64,000 bases of DNA from Myxococcota bacterium (GTDB lineage Bacteria > Myxococcota_A > UBA9160 > UBA4427): NCBI GenBank assembly GCA_965250285.1, contig OZ252299.1, positions 4,672,001 to 4,736,000 on the forward strand, in the 5' to 3' direction. The translations under genes were made by a program, and so were the position numbers. The first letter of the stretch is position 1, and every line of letters starts with the position of its first letter. The notes beneath the pieces are model-generated. The model was not told where the DNA came from. It ran no database searches and saw nothing but the letters and a program-made list of their open reading frames with translations. Below, piece after piece: positions 30,166-40,720 of this stretch.

Positions 30166-30995
30166 AGCGCGGCGCGCACGGCTTCGAGGGTCGACGCGTC
30201 GGGGGGGCCCTCGACGAGGATGCGTCCTTCGTCGGTGGCGAGACGGACGAAGGGTCGAGGGGTGCCGGGCTCGAGCATGGCGGCGAGGTACGACTTCGCC
30301 ATCGGCGTCATCAAGAAGGGATCGTTCCAGCCACCCGCCTTCAGATCCATCGCAACGTCGCCGTCGAGCTCGTCCGTGACGGGGATGAACGTGGTCAGCC
30401 GGAGATCGCCGGCCCGCTCGGCCTCGGTCGCAAAATCGGTCAGGGCCGCGACATCGGAGCGAGCTGCATCGGCGAACACGAGCAGCAGGCGTCCACCGCG
30501 CACTGCATCGAGATCGAGCTTCGTCGGTCTGAGATGGTCACCGTCGATGTCGACGATGCGATTCGACAGCATGCCGAGCAGATTCGGCTGGGTCTTCGTC
30601 GCGGGCCCTGCGCGCAGGCGTTGGGCCTCGCTCGCGAAGTTCGTCATCGAGACCGGGACGGTGTGCGGACCCTGGCGGCCGAAGTCGACTCGCACGTCGC
30701 CGTTCTCGCGCATGAAGATCACCACGCCGGGCCGCTTCGGCTTGACCAGCACGGCGCCCGACTCGTCGAGCAGGGGCTCCTCGAGCCAGACCCGGGTGGG
30801 CCAGAACGCTTCGTCGGCGAAGAGCTGAGCACGGCGGGCTGCGAGTGCATCGTCGGCTGCCGTCGAGACCGTCGGCTCCGGGGAGGTCGCCTCGCGCGTC
30901 GAGGCTTCATCGTCTCGGGGCGCGCAGGCGACCGCCAGCGCGGCATGGAGACCGCATACGAAGGCGAGGAGCTGGAAGGCAGTGCGTCGTTTCAT
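30156..30995 (-). CDS. Hypothetical lipoprotein
   Basis: Signal peptide ending in AVAC. Confidence 0.65.
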   Translation of the reverse strand: MKRRTAFQLLAFVCGLHAALAVACAPRDDEASTREATSPEPTVSTAADDALAARRAQLFADEAFWPTRVWLEEPLLDESGAVLVKPKRPGVVIFMRENGDVRVDFGRQGPHTVPVSMTNFASEAQRLRAGPATKTQPNLLGMLSNRIVDIDGDHLRPTKLDLDAVRGGRLLLVFADAARSDVAALTDFATEAERAGDLRLTTFIPVTDELDGDVAMDLKAGGWNDPFLMTPMAKSYLAAMLEPGTPRPFVRLATDEGRILVEGPPDASTLEAVRAALGG

Positions 30996-31070
30996 GCGTC
31001 CGGGATCATAGAGAGAAGGGCCGAAAGTGCCGCACCGGCTTCGACCGAAGCTGCGCGCGCCACCGAGACG

Positions 31071-31101
31071 AAAGGGGCCGCCACCCGAAGGTGACGGCCC
31101 C
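31071..31101 (-). terminator. Probable intrinsic terminator after the PEP-CTERM gene
   Basis: Minus strand GGGGCCGTCACC-TTCG-GGTGGCGGCCCC-TTT. Confidence 0.75.
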
Positions 31102-31159
31102 CGACTCTTGCTGCTCGTTCGTCCTCGAGTCCGTAGGACCCGAGAGACCGAGACCTGCG

Positions 31160-31921
31160 CTAAGCGCGAGCTCGGCGGCGAACGAGGGCCACGAGGCCCA
31201 CGAGGCCGGCGAGGAGCTGGGCGCCCATGGCCGGCTCGGGCACGGCGATCACGTCGAGCGAGACGTTGTCGATCGCCACGCGCTCATCTCCCACGTTGGG
31301 GAGCGTGATGCGAGCACACGCGTTCTCGAAGGCCAGCTTCGGGAACTCGACCGTGTACGCGTCGGCCTGGCCATCGACGTTCACCGAGCCTGCGCTGGCG
31401 TAGCTGACGCAGTCTCCGGCGAACTCGACATCCACGGTCGCCGAGCTGGCACCCACGACCTGGCCGGCGAAGCTGATCGACCAGCCGTAGCCGCCCTGCC
31501 CCACACCCAGCGGCGTGAGGTCGCCCTCGAAGATGACGTTGCCCGCGCCGCTGTCGGCGGTGACCGCCATCGGCAGGGTGAACGTCTGACCTTCGAGCTG
31601 CAGGGTCGTGAACGAGTTGAAGCCGCGCTGGTTGGCGTCCTGGGCCGTACCGCCGGTGGCACCGGTTCGGTTGCCCGCACGCACGTCACCACCTCGGGTG
31701 ATGAGGTTCGTGAGGGTCGCCTGGCCGTACAGCGCCGATTCGGAACCGGCGCCGCCCGTGGGATCGAAGGACGAGTAGTTCGCGTCCACCGCCCCCGCCG
31801 GCGTGAGACCATCGGACGCGAAGTCCGAGAAGTCCCAGCCCGCGACCTCGACCGCCTGGCTCGACCCGGCCAGGATGGCCGAGATCGCGACGGTCAGAGC
31901 GATTGCGAGTAGTGATCTCAT
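31160..31921 (-). CDS. PEP-CTERM surface protein
   Basis: Signal peptide; C-terminal AVPEP, TM segment and RRRARA. Confidence 0.88.
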   Translation of the reverse strand: MRSLLAIALTVAISAILAGSSQAVEVAGWDFSDFASDGLTPAGAVDANYSSFDPTGGAGSESALYGQATLTNLITRGGDVRAGNRTGATGGTAQDANQRGFNSFTTLQLEGQTFTLPMAVTADSGAGNVIFEGDLTPLGVGQGGYGWSISFAGQVVGASSATVDVEFAGDCVSYASAGSVNVDGQADAYTVEFPKLAFENACARITLPNVGDERVAIDNVSLDVIAVPEPAMGAQLLAGLVGLVALVRRRARA

Positions 31922-31961
31922 GTTCGAGATGCTCCTGAGTTGGGTGTTCGACCGTCGTTGA

Positions 31962-33680
31962 CTAGAAGAGCCCACACGCGTCGGCAGCGGTCCAGCCGTC
32001 GGTCCAGAGCGGACCGCTGGCTGCGAACGCACCGCGGAACGCGGCACCGGCCGGGTCGGGGCCCGTCGTGACACCGCCCGCGATCGAGGCGGCCGCCGAG
32101 GCACCGATGTTGATGCGCGGATCGAGCGGATCGCCCGCCTTCTCGGCCCCGTTGCACTTGCCCGTGTCGCCCGTGCCCTGCGGGTTGAACGACTGGTCGC
32201 TGTTCACCAGCGAGAAGGCGCCGGCGTTGTCGAAGTTCGCCGAGCCGCTGTTCGCGTACTCGGTCGGAACCGCGGCATCACCGTTCGCCATGGCCTGCAG
32301 CACACCCGCGTCGCTCACGGCCACGCCGCCGCCGAACGTGCTGGCAACGATGCGGGCCACGTCGCGCGAAGCCCACGTGGCGTAGCTCGGGTTGCCGCCA
32401 CCGCTCTCGCGCGCACCGGCCTGGGTGCCCGTGTCGACGACCACCGAGTTCAGCAGCGTGCCGGCGTAGCCATTGCGCATGCGCAGACCGCGGTTCTGGC
32501 TGTTCGGCGAGACCGGCGTGTTGGTGATCTTGCTCGGGTCGTTGCTGATGCCGGTCAGGTTGTAGATCTGGGTCGTCGTGACCGGGAAGCACTCGCCGGT
32601 GGCACCCGACAGATCGGTGTCGTCGCGCACCGAGCAGGCCGCGATGGGCTCGTCGACGTCGTCGCCGTCCCACTCACCGATGGCATCGCCCGAGGACGAA
32701 CCGAAGGGCTCGCCGTCGTTCTCGTTGAAGAAGGCGTGCACGGCGAACAGGTACTGGTTGGTGCCCGTGTAGCCCTGGTCGATGTCGAACTGATCGTCGC
32801 CCGCGAAGAAGACCGCGAGGTGATCGCCATCGACCGTGCCACCGAACCACTCGAAGCCGTCGTCGAAGTTGCAGTAGATCTCGATGAACGAGATCTCGGT
32901 GCCGCGACCCACGCCCGCGAGGGTGAGGCCGTTCAGCTCGTTGCTGTTGCCGATCTCGTCGCCCGCGTGGCGGAGCGAGATGTAGCGGTAGGTGCCCGAG
33001 CTGTCGTTGGTGATCTCGCCGCCGTACAGCGCGTCGGCCTCGGGGAAGCCGGGAACCGTGAGACCCTCGACGATGCCCACGCCGATCGTGCCGGCCGTGT
33101 TCGACGCAGCCGGCAGGTTGGTCGGGGCGCTGCCCTCGACCACGATGCCGCCCCAGAGCGAGACGTTCGCGAAACCCTGCGAGTCGAGGGGCGCGAGCGG
33201 CGCCGTCGTGGGCGCGTCGTCGTAGAAGAGGCCCAGGCCCGGCAACACGCAGGCGCCGGGGCAGTCGGCCGGGTTGAAGCCCGGGAAGGCATCCTTGAAG
33301 CCATTGCCGTCGAGATCGTCGGCAGACCCGTCCTGGTCGTTGTCGACGGTGGCGGTGGTGAAGATGATCGGCGCCGCCGCGGTGCCGATGATGTTGGCGC
33401 TGCCTTCGCGGGTGACGATCAGCGCGCCCGGGGTTCCGGTCGTGACACCGGCCTGAACGGCCGCCGTGCGCGGCTGGCCACGCACGATGACGCCAGCCTC
33501 GATCGTGAGGTTGGCGCCGCTGTTCACGAAGATCGGCTGCTGTAAGACGTAGGGGCTGTTGGCGAGCGTCCACGTGGTGTCCGTGGTGATGTTGGCCGCA
33601 ACGCTCGTCTGCGCGCTGGCACTGCCGGCCGTGAGGCCCGCAACGACCAGAGCCGCAATTGCGAGAACGGTCTTCTGCAT
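31962..33680 (-). CDS. Secreted beta-helix-like protein of the TBDR-associated type
   Basis: Signal peptide; ITTDTTWT, DSSGTYRYISLRHAG, NELNGLTLAGVGRGT and DDGFEWFGG motifs. Confidence 0.8.
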   Translation of the reverse strand: MQKTVLAIAALVVAGLTAGSASAQTSVAANITTDTTWTLANSPYVLQQPIFVNSGANLTIEAGVIVRGQPRTAAVQAGVTTGTPGALIVTREGSANIIGTAAAPIIFTTATVDNDQDGSADDLDGNGFKDAFPGFNPADCPGACVLPGLGLFYDDAPTTAPLAPLDSQGFANVSLWGGIVVEGSAPTNLPAASNTAGTIGVGIVEGLTVPGFPEADALYGGEITNDSSGTYRYISLRHAGDEIGNSNELNGLTLAGVGRGTEISFIEIYCNFDDGFEWFGGTVDGDHLAVFFAGDDQFDIDQGYTGTNQYLFAVHAFFNENDGEPFGSSSGDAIGEWDGDDVDEPIAACSVRDDTDLSGATGECFPVTTTQIYNLTGISNDPSKITNTPVSPNSQNRGLRMRNGYAGTLLNSVVVDTGTQAGARESGGGNPSYATWASRDVARIVASTFGGGVAVSDAGVLQAMANGDAAVPTEYANSGSANFDNAGAFSLVNSDQSFNPQGTGDTGKCNGAEKAGDPLDPRINIGASAAASIAGGVTTGPDPAGAAFRGAFAASGPLWTDGWTAADACGLF

Positions 33681-33892
33681 GAGTGTTTGCTCTCTCGATT
33701 CTCGAAAGGTCAGGGGTCGTCCGCCGCTGCCCTCTGCAGTCGGGGACGGCCGCTACTTTGCACGTCGGCGATGACGCAGAAGCGGCCGAACGGTGACGTT
33801 TCGGCTCCAGACATGCGCGCTGGGAAAACATCTCCAGAGAGCGAAAAGCTCAACTCTTTCAGATCTTTAGGGATCCTTCTGCCGAACGCTGG

Positions 33893-33910
33893 GTCACACG
33901 TTCGTCACAC
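33893..33910. promoter_or_regulatory. 11-bp-period direct repeat (Pho-box-like)
   Basis: GTCACAC at 33893 and 33904, upstream of the secreted-protein gene. Confidence 0.4.
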
Positions 33911-34069
33911 GAATGGCGCCGCGGCGAGTCGCAGTGCCGGCGGTCACGAAAGCGCGACTGCGCGCCCATCTCGAGCGGGCAAGGTCGAGCGCAGGATGGC
34001 CCGAGGCACCGCTCGCGTCGAACTCGATGGGGACCTGAATCGGTTTCGTCGAGCGATGAACGCGCGCGA

Positions 34070-37000
34070 CTACCAGACGTACGTGACCGAGAACTTGAAG
34101 TCGCGGCCCACGCGGAACTGGCGCTCGAAGTACTCGACCGACGTGACGCTCGAGTCGTACACGATGCCGCGCTTCGAGTCGGTCAGGTTCTTCGCGCTCA
34201 TCTTCAAGGCGAGATCGCCGGGGATGAAATCGAAGTCGAGCCGCTGACTCACCACGAAGTCGAGCTGATAGAAGCCGTCGACGTAGCGATCGATGACACC
34301 CACGCCGGTCGGCCGACCATCGAGCCCGATCTGCGAGCTGCCGGCCGCGTCGAGCACATCGCTGATCGCGAAGAAGGCCAGCGTCATCATCGTGCCCCAG
34401 TCATCCTGGTCGAACGTGATGTCGGCGTTGGCGATCCACTTCGGCTGGCCGAACAGCCTTCGGTCGCCGATCAGCGTGTTCTCGAGTTCGCCCGTCTGCG
34501 CATCGAGAAAGAACGGATCGAAGCGGCGAGCCTCGACCTCGCTTCGGCGCACGCGGGCGTCGATCCAGGTGAAGTTGCCCCCCACGCTGAAGAGCTCGCC
34601 GAGCTCGAAGCCCGCGATGCCGAGGTTCTTGCGCGCCTCGGCCTCGATGCCCCACAGCTTGGCGTTGTTGGGGTTGTTGAAGAACGTCCGGTAGAACGCC
34701 GAGCTCGAGAGACTCGTATCGAGCGGGTTCTGCACGATCAGGCTCTCGATGGGGTTCTCGATCTGCTTCCAGAACGCGCTGAACGCGACGAGGTCACCGA
34801 AGTCACCCCAGCTGTACTCGACGCGACCGTCGACGCTGCGCACTTCTGAGACACCGAGCGTCGGGTTGCCGACGATGAGATCGTCCGAGCCGGGCTCGAC
34901 GCTGACGTAGTAGCCGACCTCACGCAGCGAGGGCCGCGCCACGGTCTCCGAGTAGGCGAACCGAAGCGCCGCGCCTTCGTAGAAGCGCCACGCCGCCGAG
35001 AGCGAGGGCAGGATGTACCAGTCACTCGAGCCCTGGTTCACGAAGTCGAGGATCTGCGCTTCGGTGATCCGGTCGACGTAGCTGCCACAGAAGACGCCGG
35101 TCACGTTGCAGTTCTCGGTCACGAAGTTGTTCGGCGGCTGATCGATGCCGAGCAGCTGATCGTTGTAGACGACGTCAGGGGGAGGCGGACCCGACGTCTC
35201 TCGATCGTTGTTGCCCGTGCGGTCATTGGGGTTGTCGAGCCGATCACCGAACAGGTAGATCTGCGGGAACGTATTCGGTGCACCGAAGATCGTCCGAACG
35301 GTCCCATCCGGATTCAGTTCGCCCGTGAACGGGTCGTTGGTCGTCTCGATCGTGATGTGCTCGAGTCGAACCCCGGCAAACACGTCCCAGTCTTCGAAGA
35401 GCGTCGCCTTCCCGTTGAGCCCCAGGGCGCCGATCTGGCGCACCGCGTTGTTCGTCTGGTCCCGAACTCCGATGATGTCGCCCGTGCTGGGGTCGGTCGC
35501 GAGGATGTCGAACGCTTCGAAGCCGAGCAGGTACGGAGTGTCCGCGGCCGCGATGGCCTCGCTGTTGCCACCGCCTGCGCTGGCCGTTTCGAGAAAGAAC
35601 GCCTCGACGTCGCGCTTCGCCCGCTCGTACCAACCCGTCGCGCCGAAGTCGAGCAGCACGTCGTCGGAGACGTCCCACTCGTAGCCGAGATCGACGCGTC
35701 CGAACCCCTGGCTCTCGACGACGTCGGCACCGCTCCAGAGAACGCGAGCCACCTGGTTCACCCATTGGCCGGGGCCCAGGTCTTCGGGGCGCGTCGGAAA
35801 GACGAAGCCTTCGAGGGGAATGTTCCCGTTTCCGTCGGGCTGGAGGAGCGCTTCGATGTCATTGGGTTCGTAGAAGTACCGGAGCCGTCGCGACGTCTCG
35901 TCCTGCTTGGTCCGGGCCCAGTTCGCAGCCCAGTCGACCGTGAAGCCGTTCCAACCGGGGAAGACGTGCGCTCCGTTCAGCTGGGTGATCAGCAGATCGC
36001 GCTCGCGCTCGAAGCTCTGGCTCTGCGAGTTCGGCGCAAACCAGGCCCCGCCTTCGCGGCCCGGCGGCGTGAGCAGGTCGTCGCGGCTCGAGCCCAGGAA
36101 CCAGTTGGTGTTGCCGTAGGCCAGATCGTCGTCGCCCAGATTGGTCCGAATCGGACCGATGAACAGATTCGGGGTCACACCGTCGGGCTCGTCGATCGTC
36201 TGCTCGATCAGGTCGTCGACTTCCAGCCCATAGATCCAGCCGTTGTCTCGCGCCTGGACGACCTCCTGGTTCACCTTCGAGTAGAAGACCGAGGTATCGA
36301 TCTTGTGGTGCGCCTCTTCATCGAGATCGAAGCCGATGGCGCCGTAGCCCGTCCACTGCTCGCTGTAGGAGCTCTGCGTCAGGTCGTAGCGGCTGCCGCT
36401 GTTGTTGAGCAGCCCGGGTAGCAGGCCGCCGTTTCGCTGGCGGCTGGGGATCGTCGACTGGGCGCTGTCGCGCGGCTGGAGCGTCTCCTGAAAGCCGATC
36501 GCCGTGCGGTAGTCGGTCTCGTAGTTGAAGATGCCCTGGGCGCGCAGCTCGCGGCGAAACAGGTCCCACCGCCCGCCGAGCAGGCCGCCGAACTCCATCT
36601 CGACCGTGTCCTTGCCGTCGGTCAGCTGGCCGACCGGGTTGTCGGGCGTGTACTCGAGAAATTCGTCGAGGGCGTTCGTGTTGAAGCCCGCAGCGGCGTT
36701 CACCTTGAAGGTCAGCTCGTCGGGGTACTCGAGGGTGAAGATGTCGATCGAGCCGCCGGCCGAGTTGCTCGGCAGGTCGGGGGTGAAGGTCTTGAACACG
36801 CCGATGTTGTTGACGATCTCACTCGGAAAGAGATCGAGCTGAACCGACTGGCGGTCGGGGTCGGGGCTCGGCACGGGCGCTCGGTTGAACGTCGTACTCG
36901 AGTAGCGGTCTTCGAGGCCGCGGATGATCGCGAACTGGCCCTCGACGATGTTGACGCCCGCGACGCGCTTGAGCGCATCGGCGACGTCGCTCGCCGCGAA

Positions 37001-37588
37001 GCGGGAGAGATCTTCGGCGCTCATCAGGTTCACGAGTGAGTCGCTCTCGAGCCGCAGCTCGAGGTTCTGCACCATCTGACCGGCGACGGCCTCGTTCACG
37101 ACGAAGGCCTCGAGATCCATGATGGCCCCGGTCTCGGCGACGGCGAGGGGCGGCATCGGAAAGTCGGATCGGTTGAGCTGGTCGGCCATCACCTCGACGC
37201 CGGTCATGGCCGACGTGCGGAAGCCCGACTTCACGAACGAGAGCGAGTAGCTCCGCCCTGGCGGCACCGACGGGAACTCGTAGGCGCCATCCGAGTCGGT
37301 GGTCCCGACCTCCTGCTTCTGCGGCGTGTCGGGGCCCGTGCTCGGATACTGCAAGATGACCGTGACGCCGCGAATCGCCGAGCCGGTGTCTGCGTTGAAG
37401 ATGCGGCCGGCCAGCGCGCCCTCACCGGGTTGCATGCGGGTGCCGGGCTCGGGCGTATCGGCGTCGGGACCCGCCGATGACGTGCCGAAGCCGCCTCCGA
37501 AGAGATCGACCTCACTCTGGGCCTGTGCGTCCGCTGCGCCGAAGACGATCGCGACGGCGACCAGGAACAGGCTCAGTGAGAGGCGCAC
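34070..37588 (-). CDS. TonB-dependent receptor with N-terminal carboxypeptidase-regulatory-like domain
   Basis: Plug motif DALKRVAGVNI...IIRGLEDRYS; PDRQSVQLDLFP and TVARPSLRE; C-terminal KNLTD...YVW. GTG 37588 preferred over ATG 37696. Confidence 0.92.
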   Translation of the reverse strand: MRLSLSLFLVAVAIVFGAADAQAQSEVDLFGGGFGTSSAGPDADTPEPGTRMQPGEGALAGRIFNADTGSAIRGVTVILQYPSTGPDTPQKQEVGTTDSDGAYEFPSVPPGRSYSLSFVKSGFRTSAMTGVEVMADQLNRSDFPMPPLAVAETGAIMDLEAFVVNEAVAGQMVQNLELRLESDSLVNLMSAEDLSRFAASDVADALKRVAGVNIVEGQFAIIRGLEDRYSSTTFNRAPVPSPDPDRQSVQLDLFPSEIVNNIGVFKTFTPDLPSNSAGGSIDIFTLEYPDELTFKVNAAAGFNTNALDEFLEYTPDNPVGQLTDGKDTVEMEFGGLLGGRWDLFRRELRAQGIFNYETDYRTAIGFQETLQPRDSAQSTIPSRQRNGGLLPGLLNNSGSRYDLTQSSYSEQWTGYGAIGFDLDEEAHHKIDTSVFYSKVNQEVVQARDNGWIYGLEVDDLIEQTIDEPDGVTPNLFIGPIRTNLGDDDLAYGNTNWFLGSSRDDLLTPPGREGGAWFAPNSQSQSFERERDLLITQLNGAHVFPGWNGFTVDWAANWARTKQDETSRRLRYFYEPNDIEALLQPDGNGNIPLEGFVFPTRPEDLGPGQWVNQVARVLWSGADVVESQGFGRVDLGYEWDVSDDVLLDFGATGWYERAKRDVEAFFLETASAGGGNSEAIAAADTPYLLGFEAFDILATDPSTGDIIGVRDQTNNAVRQIGALGLNGKATLFEDWDVFAGVRLEHITIETTNDPFTGELNPDGTVRTIFGAPNTFPQIYLFGDRLDNPNDRTGNNDRETSGPPPPDVVYNDQLLGIDQPPNNFVTENCNVTGVFCGSYVDRITEAQILDFVNQGSSDWYILPSLSAAWRFYEGAALRFAYSETVARPSLREVGYYVSVEPGSDDLIVGNPTLGVSEVRSVDGRVEYSWGDFGDLVAFSAFWKQIENPIESLIVQNPLDTSLSSSAFYRTFFNNPNNAKLWGIEAEARKNLGIAGFELGELFSVGGNFTWIDARVRRSEVEARRFDPFFLDAQTGELENTLIGDRRLFGQPKWIANADITFDQDDWGTMMTLAFFAISDVLDAAGSSQIGLDGRPTGVGVIDRYVDGFYQLDFVVSQRLDFDFIPGDLALKMSAKNLTDSKRGIVYDSSVTSVEYFERQFRVGRDFKFSVTYVW

Positions 37589-37747
37589 GATCGACGTGCG
37601 GCCCTCGTCAGCGTGCGCATTCGCGTTCTGGGGATGACCGAGGCGGGCGGCGGGCAAGGGGGATTTCCGTCTGGAGCGACCCGTAGGCCGGTTCATCGTG
37701 CCGAGGTGACGTGCGGCCTCACGAGAGGCGGGGTCGAACGGGTGAGG

Positions 37748-39160
37748 TCAGGTCGGATCCATCGCCGACTCGACGCTCGCGAGGAAGCGCTCGACCCGGG
37801 GCTCGCTCTGAATCGCCAGCGCGCGCCGAAGCAGCGCGGCCGCCTCGGCGTACTCACGGTCGGCGACCCGAATCTGAGCGTGCTCGAGCAGCGCGCGGTA
37901 CTCCCAGTCTTCGAGGTTCTCTGCGCGCTCGATCAAGAAGATCGCGCGCTCGGTCTGCCCGATGCTCTGGTGATACTTCGCAAGCTCGAGCAGCGCGTCG
38001 CCGCGCGTGCCGTCGCGCTTGACGATCGATTCGAGCAGCCGCGCGGCCTCCTTGTCGTTGCCCTGGTTGCGGGCGAGGCGCGCGGTGAGCGTCAGCAGTT
38101 CGAGCTGCTGGTCGCTGCTCATCTTGCCGTCGAAGCGCTGGCGGGTCGCATCGACGACATCGCCTGCCTCGGCGAAGGCCTGGGTGCGCATCAGCAGGTC
38201 GGCGGCGCGTACGGCGGCGTCGAAGTCGGCGCCGCCGTCCATCTCGATCAGCGCGACATAGGCGTCGCGCGCGAGCCAGGGCTGCTGCTGGTTCAGATAG
38301 ATGTCACCGAGCAGCTTGAGCGAAGCCGGCTCGGCCTTGCCCATCATGCGCACGGCCTCGAGGTTCACCGCCGCGGCATCGGTGCGCTCGAGCGAGAGGT
38401 AGGCATTGGCCTGGAGCATCCAGGCCTGCGCGTCCTCGGGATTCTCGGCGATCATGCCGTCGTAGAGCGCCGCCGCTTCGGCGTGCTTCTGCATCGCCTG
38501 CAGCGAGCGCGCGAGGCCGAGCTTCCAATCTCGCGACGCCGGATCCTGCATCACCGCGTTCCGGTACGCCGCCTCGGCCGCGTAGTAGCTCTCGAGGTTC
38601 AGGTAGCAGTACCCCAGCAGGCCGTAGCTGCGCCCGCCCCGGTCGCCGAGCTCGATGGCGCGAGCCAGGTGCTTCGCGCCGCCCTCGAAATCCTGATTCT
38701 GCACGAGCAGCAGTCCGAGGTTCTTCTCGGCTCGGCGGAAGTCGGGGAACTTGCCGATCGCGGCTTCGTACGCCGCCTGGGCCTGGTCGAGGGCCCCGGC
38801 CTGGAAGTGAAGATTCGCCAGAATGAAGTCGAGCGCCGCGCTGCTGTCGGGCGACTGCGCCGCTTGGAGACGCGCCGTCGCCGCCGGCAGGTTGACCTTC
38901 ATCAGGTCGATGACTTCGCGCAGCAGCTCGAGCTCTTGCTGCTTGATCGCGGGCTCCGACCCCGACAAGAAGCCGTAGCTGCCGAGGAAGCTCTTACGCC
39001 ACTCGGGATCCTTCAGGACCTCCGAGCCCTCCCAGGGCTGAAACTGCGCCCAAGACGCCGGGACAGCGCCGAGCAGAATCGCCAGGGCGAGTAAGAGCGC
39101 GATGGTCGTGCGCTGCGTGGGCGTTCTCGTTGTCTTCGTCGTTGTCGATGCGTCGAACAT
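37748..39160 (-). CDS. Periplasmic TPR protein (TtpD-like position)
   Basis: Signal peptide and multiple TPR helices; follows tonB. Confidence 0.85.
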   Translation of the reverse strand: MFDASTTTKTTRTPTQRTTIALLLALAILLGAVPASWAQFQPWEGSEVLKDPEWRKSFLGSYGFLSGSEPAIKQQELELLREVIDLMKVNLPAATARLQAAQSPDSSAALDFILANLHFQAGALDQAQAAYEAAIGKFPDFRRAEKNLGLLLVQNQDFEGGAKHLARAIELGDRGGRSYGLLGYCYLNLESYYAAEAAYRNAVMQDPASRDWKLGLARSLQAMQKHAEAAALYDGMIAENPEDAQAWMLQANAYLSLERTDAAAVNLEAVRMMGKAEPASLKLLGDIYLNQQQPWLARDAYVALIEMDGGADFDAAVRAADLLMRTQAFAEAGDVVDATRQRFDGKMSSDQQLELLTLTARLARNQGNDKEAARLLESIVKRDGTRGDALLELAKYHQSIGQTERAIFLIERAENLEDWEYRALLEHAQIRVADREYAEAAALLRRALAIQSEPRVERFLASVESAMDPT

Positions 39161-39169
39161 ATCGCGGAC

Positions 39170-39832
39170 CTATCGAATGTTGATCGGAATGGGCAGCCGA
39201 GCGTGGGCCTTGACCGGCCGGCCGTTCTTCGTGGGCGGCGTGAACTTCCAGCTCGCGACCTCGTTGCGCACGAAGTCGTCGAACTTCGGCAGCGTCGACG
39301 AGTCGACCTCTGCCTCGATCACGGTGCCATCTTGATCGAGCTTGATGACGAGGACGATCTTGCCGCTCGCCTTCTTGCGCTTGAGACGAGATGGAAAGTT
39401 GAAACCCGAGACGCCGATCGGCCGCGGCAGCTGATCGAGGTCGGAGAAGTCGACGAAGTCGTCAGTACCCAGTGCACCCGAGCTCGTCGCGATGTTCGGC
39501 ATCGAGAAGTCGCCGGCGAGCGAGCCCCCCGTGCCGGGGTTCAGCGCGATGTCGAGCTGGTCGAGCGAGAGCTGGGGCGGCTCCATCTCGAGCTCGGGCG
39601 GCGGCGGCTCTTCTTCGGGCGGCGGCAGGTCTTCTTCTTCGAACTCGTCGATCGTTGGCGGCACGTAGGCCGCGAAGGTCTCGTCGATGGCCGTCTCGGG
39701 CGGCTTCACGTCGCCCATCATCTGCGCGAGCGCCATCAGCACGAAGAGCGCCACGGCGAACACCGTGCCGATCGCGAGCGCGATCGCCGACTCGTTCTTC
39801 GGCGGCGGGGCCTGAAAGACTTCCTTCGACAT
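39170..39832 (-). CDS. tonB: Energy transducer TonB
   Basis: TM anchor, Pro/Glu linker, C-terminal WKFTPPTKNGRPV. Confidence 0.9.
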   Translation of the reverse strand: MSKEVFQAPPPKNESAIALAIGTVFAVALFVLMALAQMMGDVKPPETAIDETFAAYVPPTIDEFEEEDLPPPEEEPPPPELEMEPPQLSLDQLDIALNPGTGGSLAGDFSMPNIATSSGALGTDDFVDFSDLDQLPRPIGVSGFNFPSRLKRKKASGKIVLVIKLDQDGTVIEAEVDSSTLPKFDDFVRNEVASWKFTPPTKNGRPVKAHARLPIPINIR

Positions 39833-39884
39833 CGTGGGGGGCGTGGCCGGCGTGCGGCCGATCTCCTTGGGCTTCGAATCGCAG

Positions 39885-40292
39885 TCAGTCGTTGAGCGTC
39901 GAGACGCTGATCTTCTTCGCGCCGGCGTTCTTGACCTCGCTCCAGACGTCCGAGAAGACGCCGTGATCGGCCTGCGCGTCGGCTTGAATGATCACCGGCA
40001 GCTCGTCCTTGTTGAGCAGCTGCCTCACCCGTGCGCCGATGCCGGCGACACCCATCTCCTTGCCGCCGTAGACGATCTTGTTGTCGGCCGTCACGGCGAT
40101 GATGATGCTGTTCTTCTCGAGGTCCTGGTCGACGGTCGCGTCGGGCTTGTAGATGTCGACGCCCGGCTCTTCGACGAACACGGTGGTCACGATGAAGAAG
40201 ATCAGCAGGATGAAGATGCAATCGATCATCGGCGACAGATTGATCTCCGTCGTCTCTTCGGCCTGATCGAGCATGCTCTTCTGCGCGGGCAT
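39885..40292 (-). CDS. exbD: ExbD/TolR biopolymer transporter
   Basis: INLSPMIDCIFILLIFFIVTT motif. Confidence 0.93.
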   Translation of the reverse strand: MPAQKSMLDQAEETTEINLSPMIDCIFILLIFFIVTTVFVEEPGVDIYKPDATVDQDLEKNSIIIAVTADNKIVYGGKEMGVAGIGARVRQLLNKDELPVIIQADAQADHGVFSDVWSEVKNAGAKKISVSTLND

Positions 40293-40697
40293 CTAGTTCA
40301 CCGTGTTGAAGGTGAGGGCCACGGCGCCATTGCGCCGCGCGGCATCCCACACTGCGACGAAGAAGCCGTGGTCGGCCTTCTCGGCCACCCGGATCACCAC
40401 GGGCGTCTCGTCGTCCTGGACGCCGGCCTTCACCCGAGCGCCGACCTCGGCGATCGGAATCTCGCGCCCCTCGTACACCACGCGATTTTGCGGCGTGATC
40501 TCGAAGACGAGGCTCTCGCTCTCCTCGGTGGGCGCGGCCGCGGCGGCGTCGGGCTTCGCGACCTGCAGCCCCTTCTCCTCGACGAACACGGTCGTCACGA
40601 TGAAGAAGATGAGCAGGATGAAGATGCAGTCGATCATCGGCGAGAGATTGATCTCGGTCTCTTCTTCGTTCTGATCGAGCAGACTTCTGCGTGCCAT
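40293..40697 (-). CDS. exbD: ExbD/TolR biopolymer transporter
   Basis: INLSPMIDCIFILLIFFIVTT motif. Confidence 0.93.
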   Translation of the reverse strand: MARRSLLDQNEEETEINLSPMIDCIFILLIFFIVTTVFVEEKGLQVAKPDAAAAAPTEESESLVFEITPQNRVVYEGREIPIAEVGARVKAGVQDDETPVVIRVAEKADHGFFVAVWDAARRNGAVALTFNTVN

Positions 40698-40720
40698 CGC
40701 GTCGTCTCCGTCGCCCTACG

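Noticed and set aside
40195..40660. Near-identical DNA blocks at about 40.2 kb and 40.6 kb
   Set aside because: Explained by the conserved TM segment of the two exbD paralogues.
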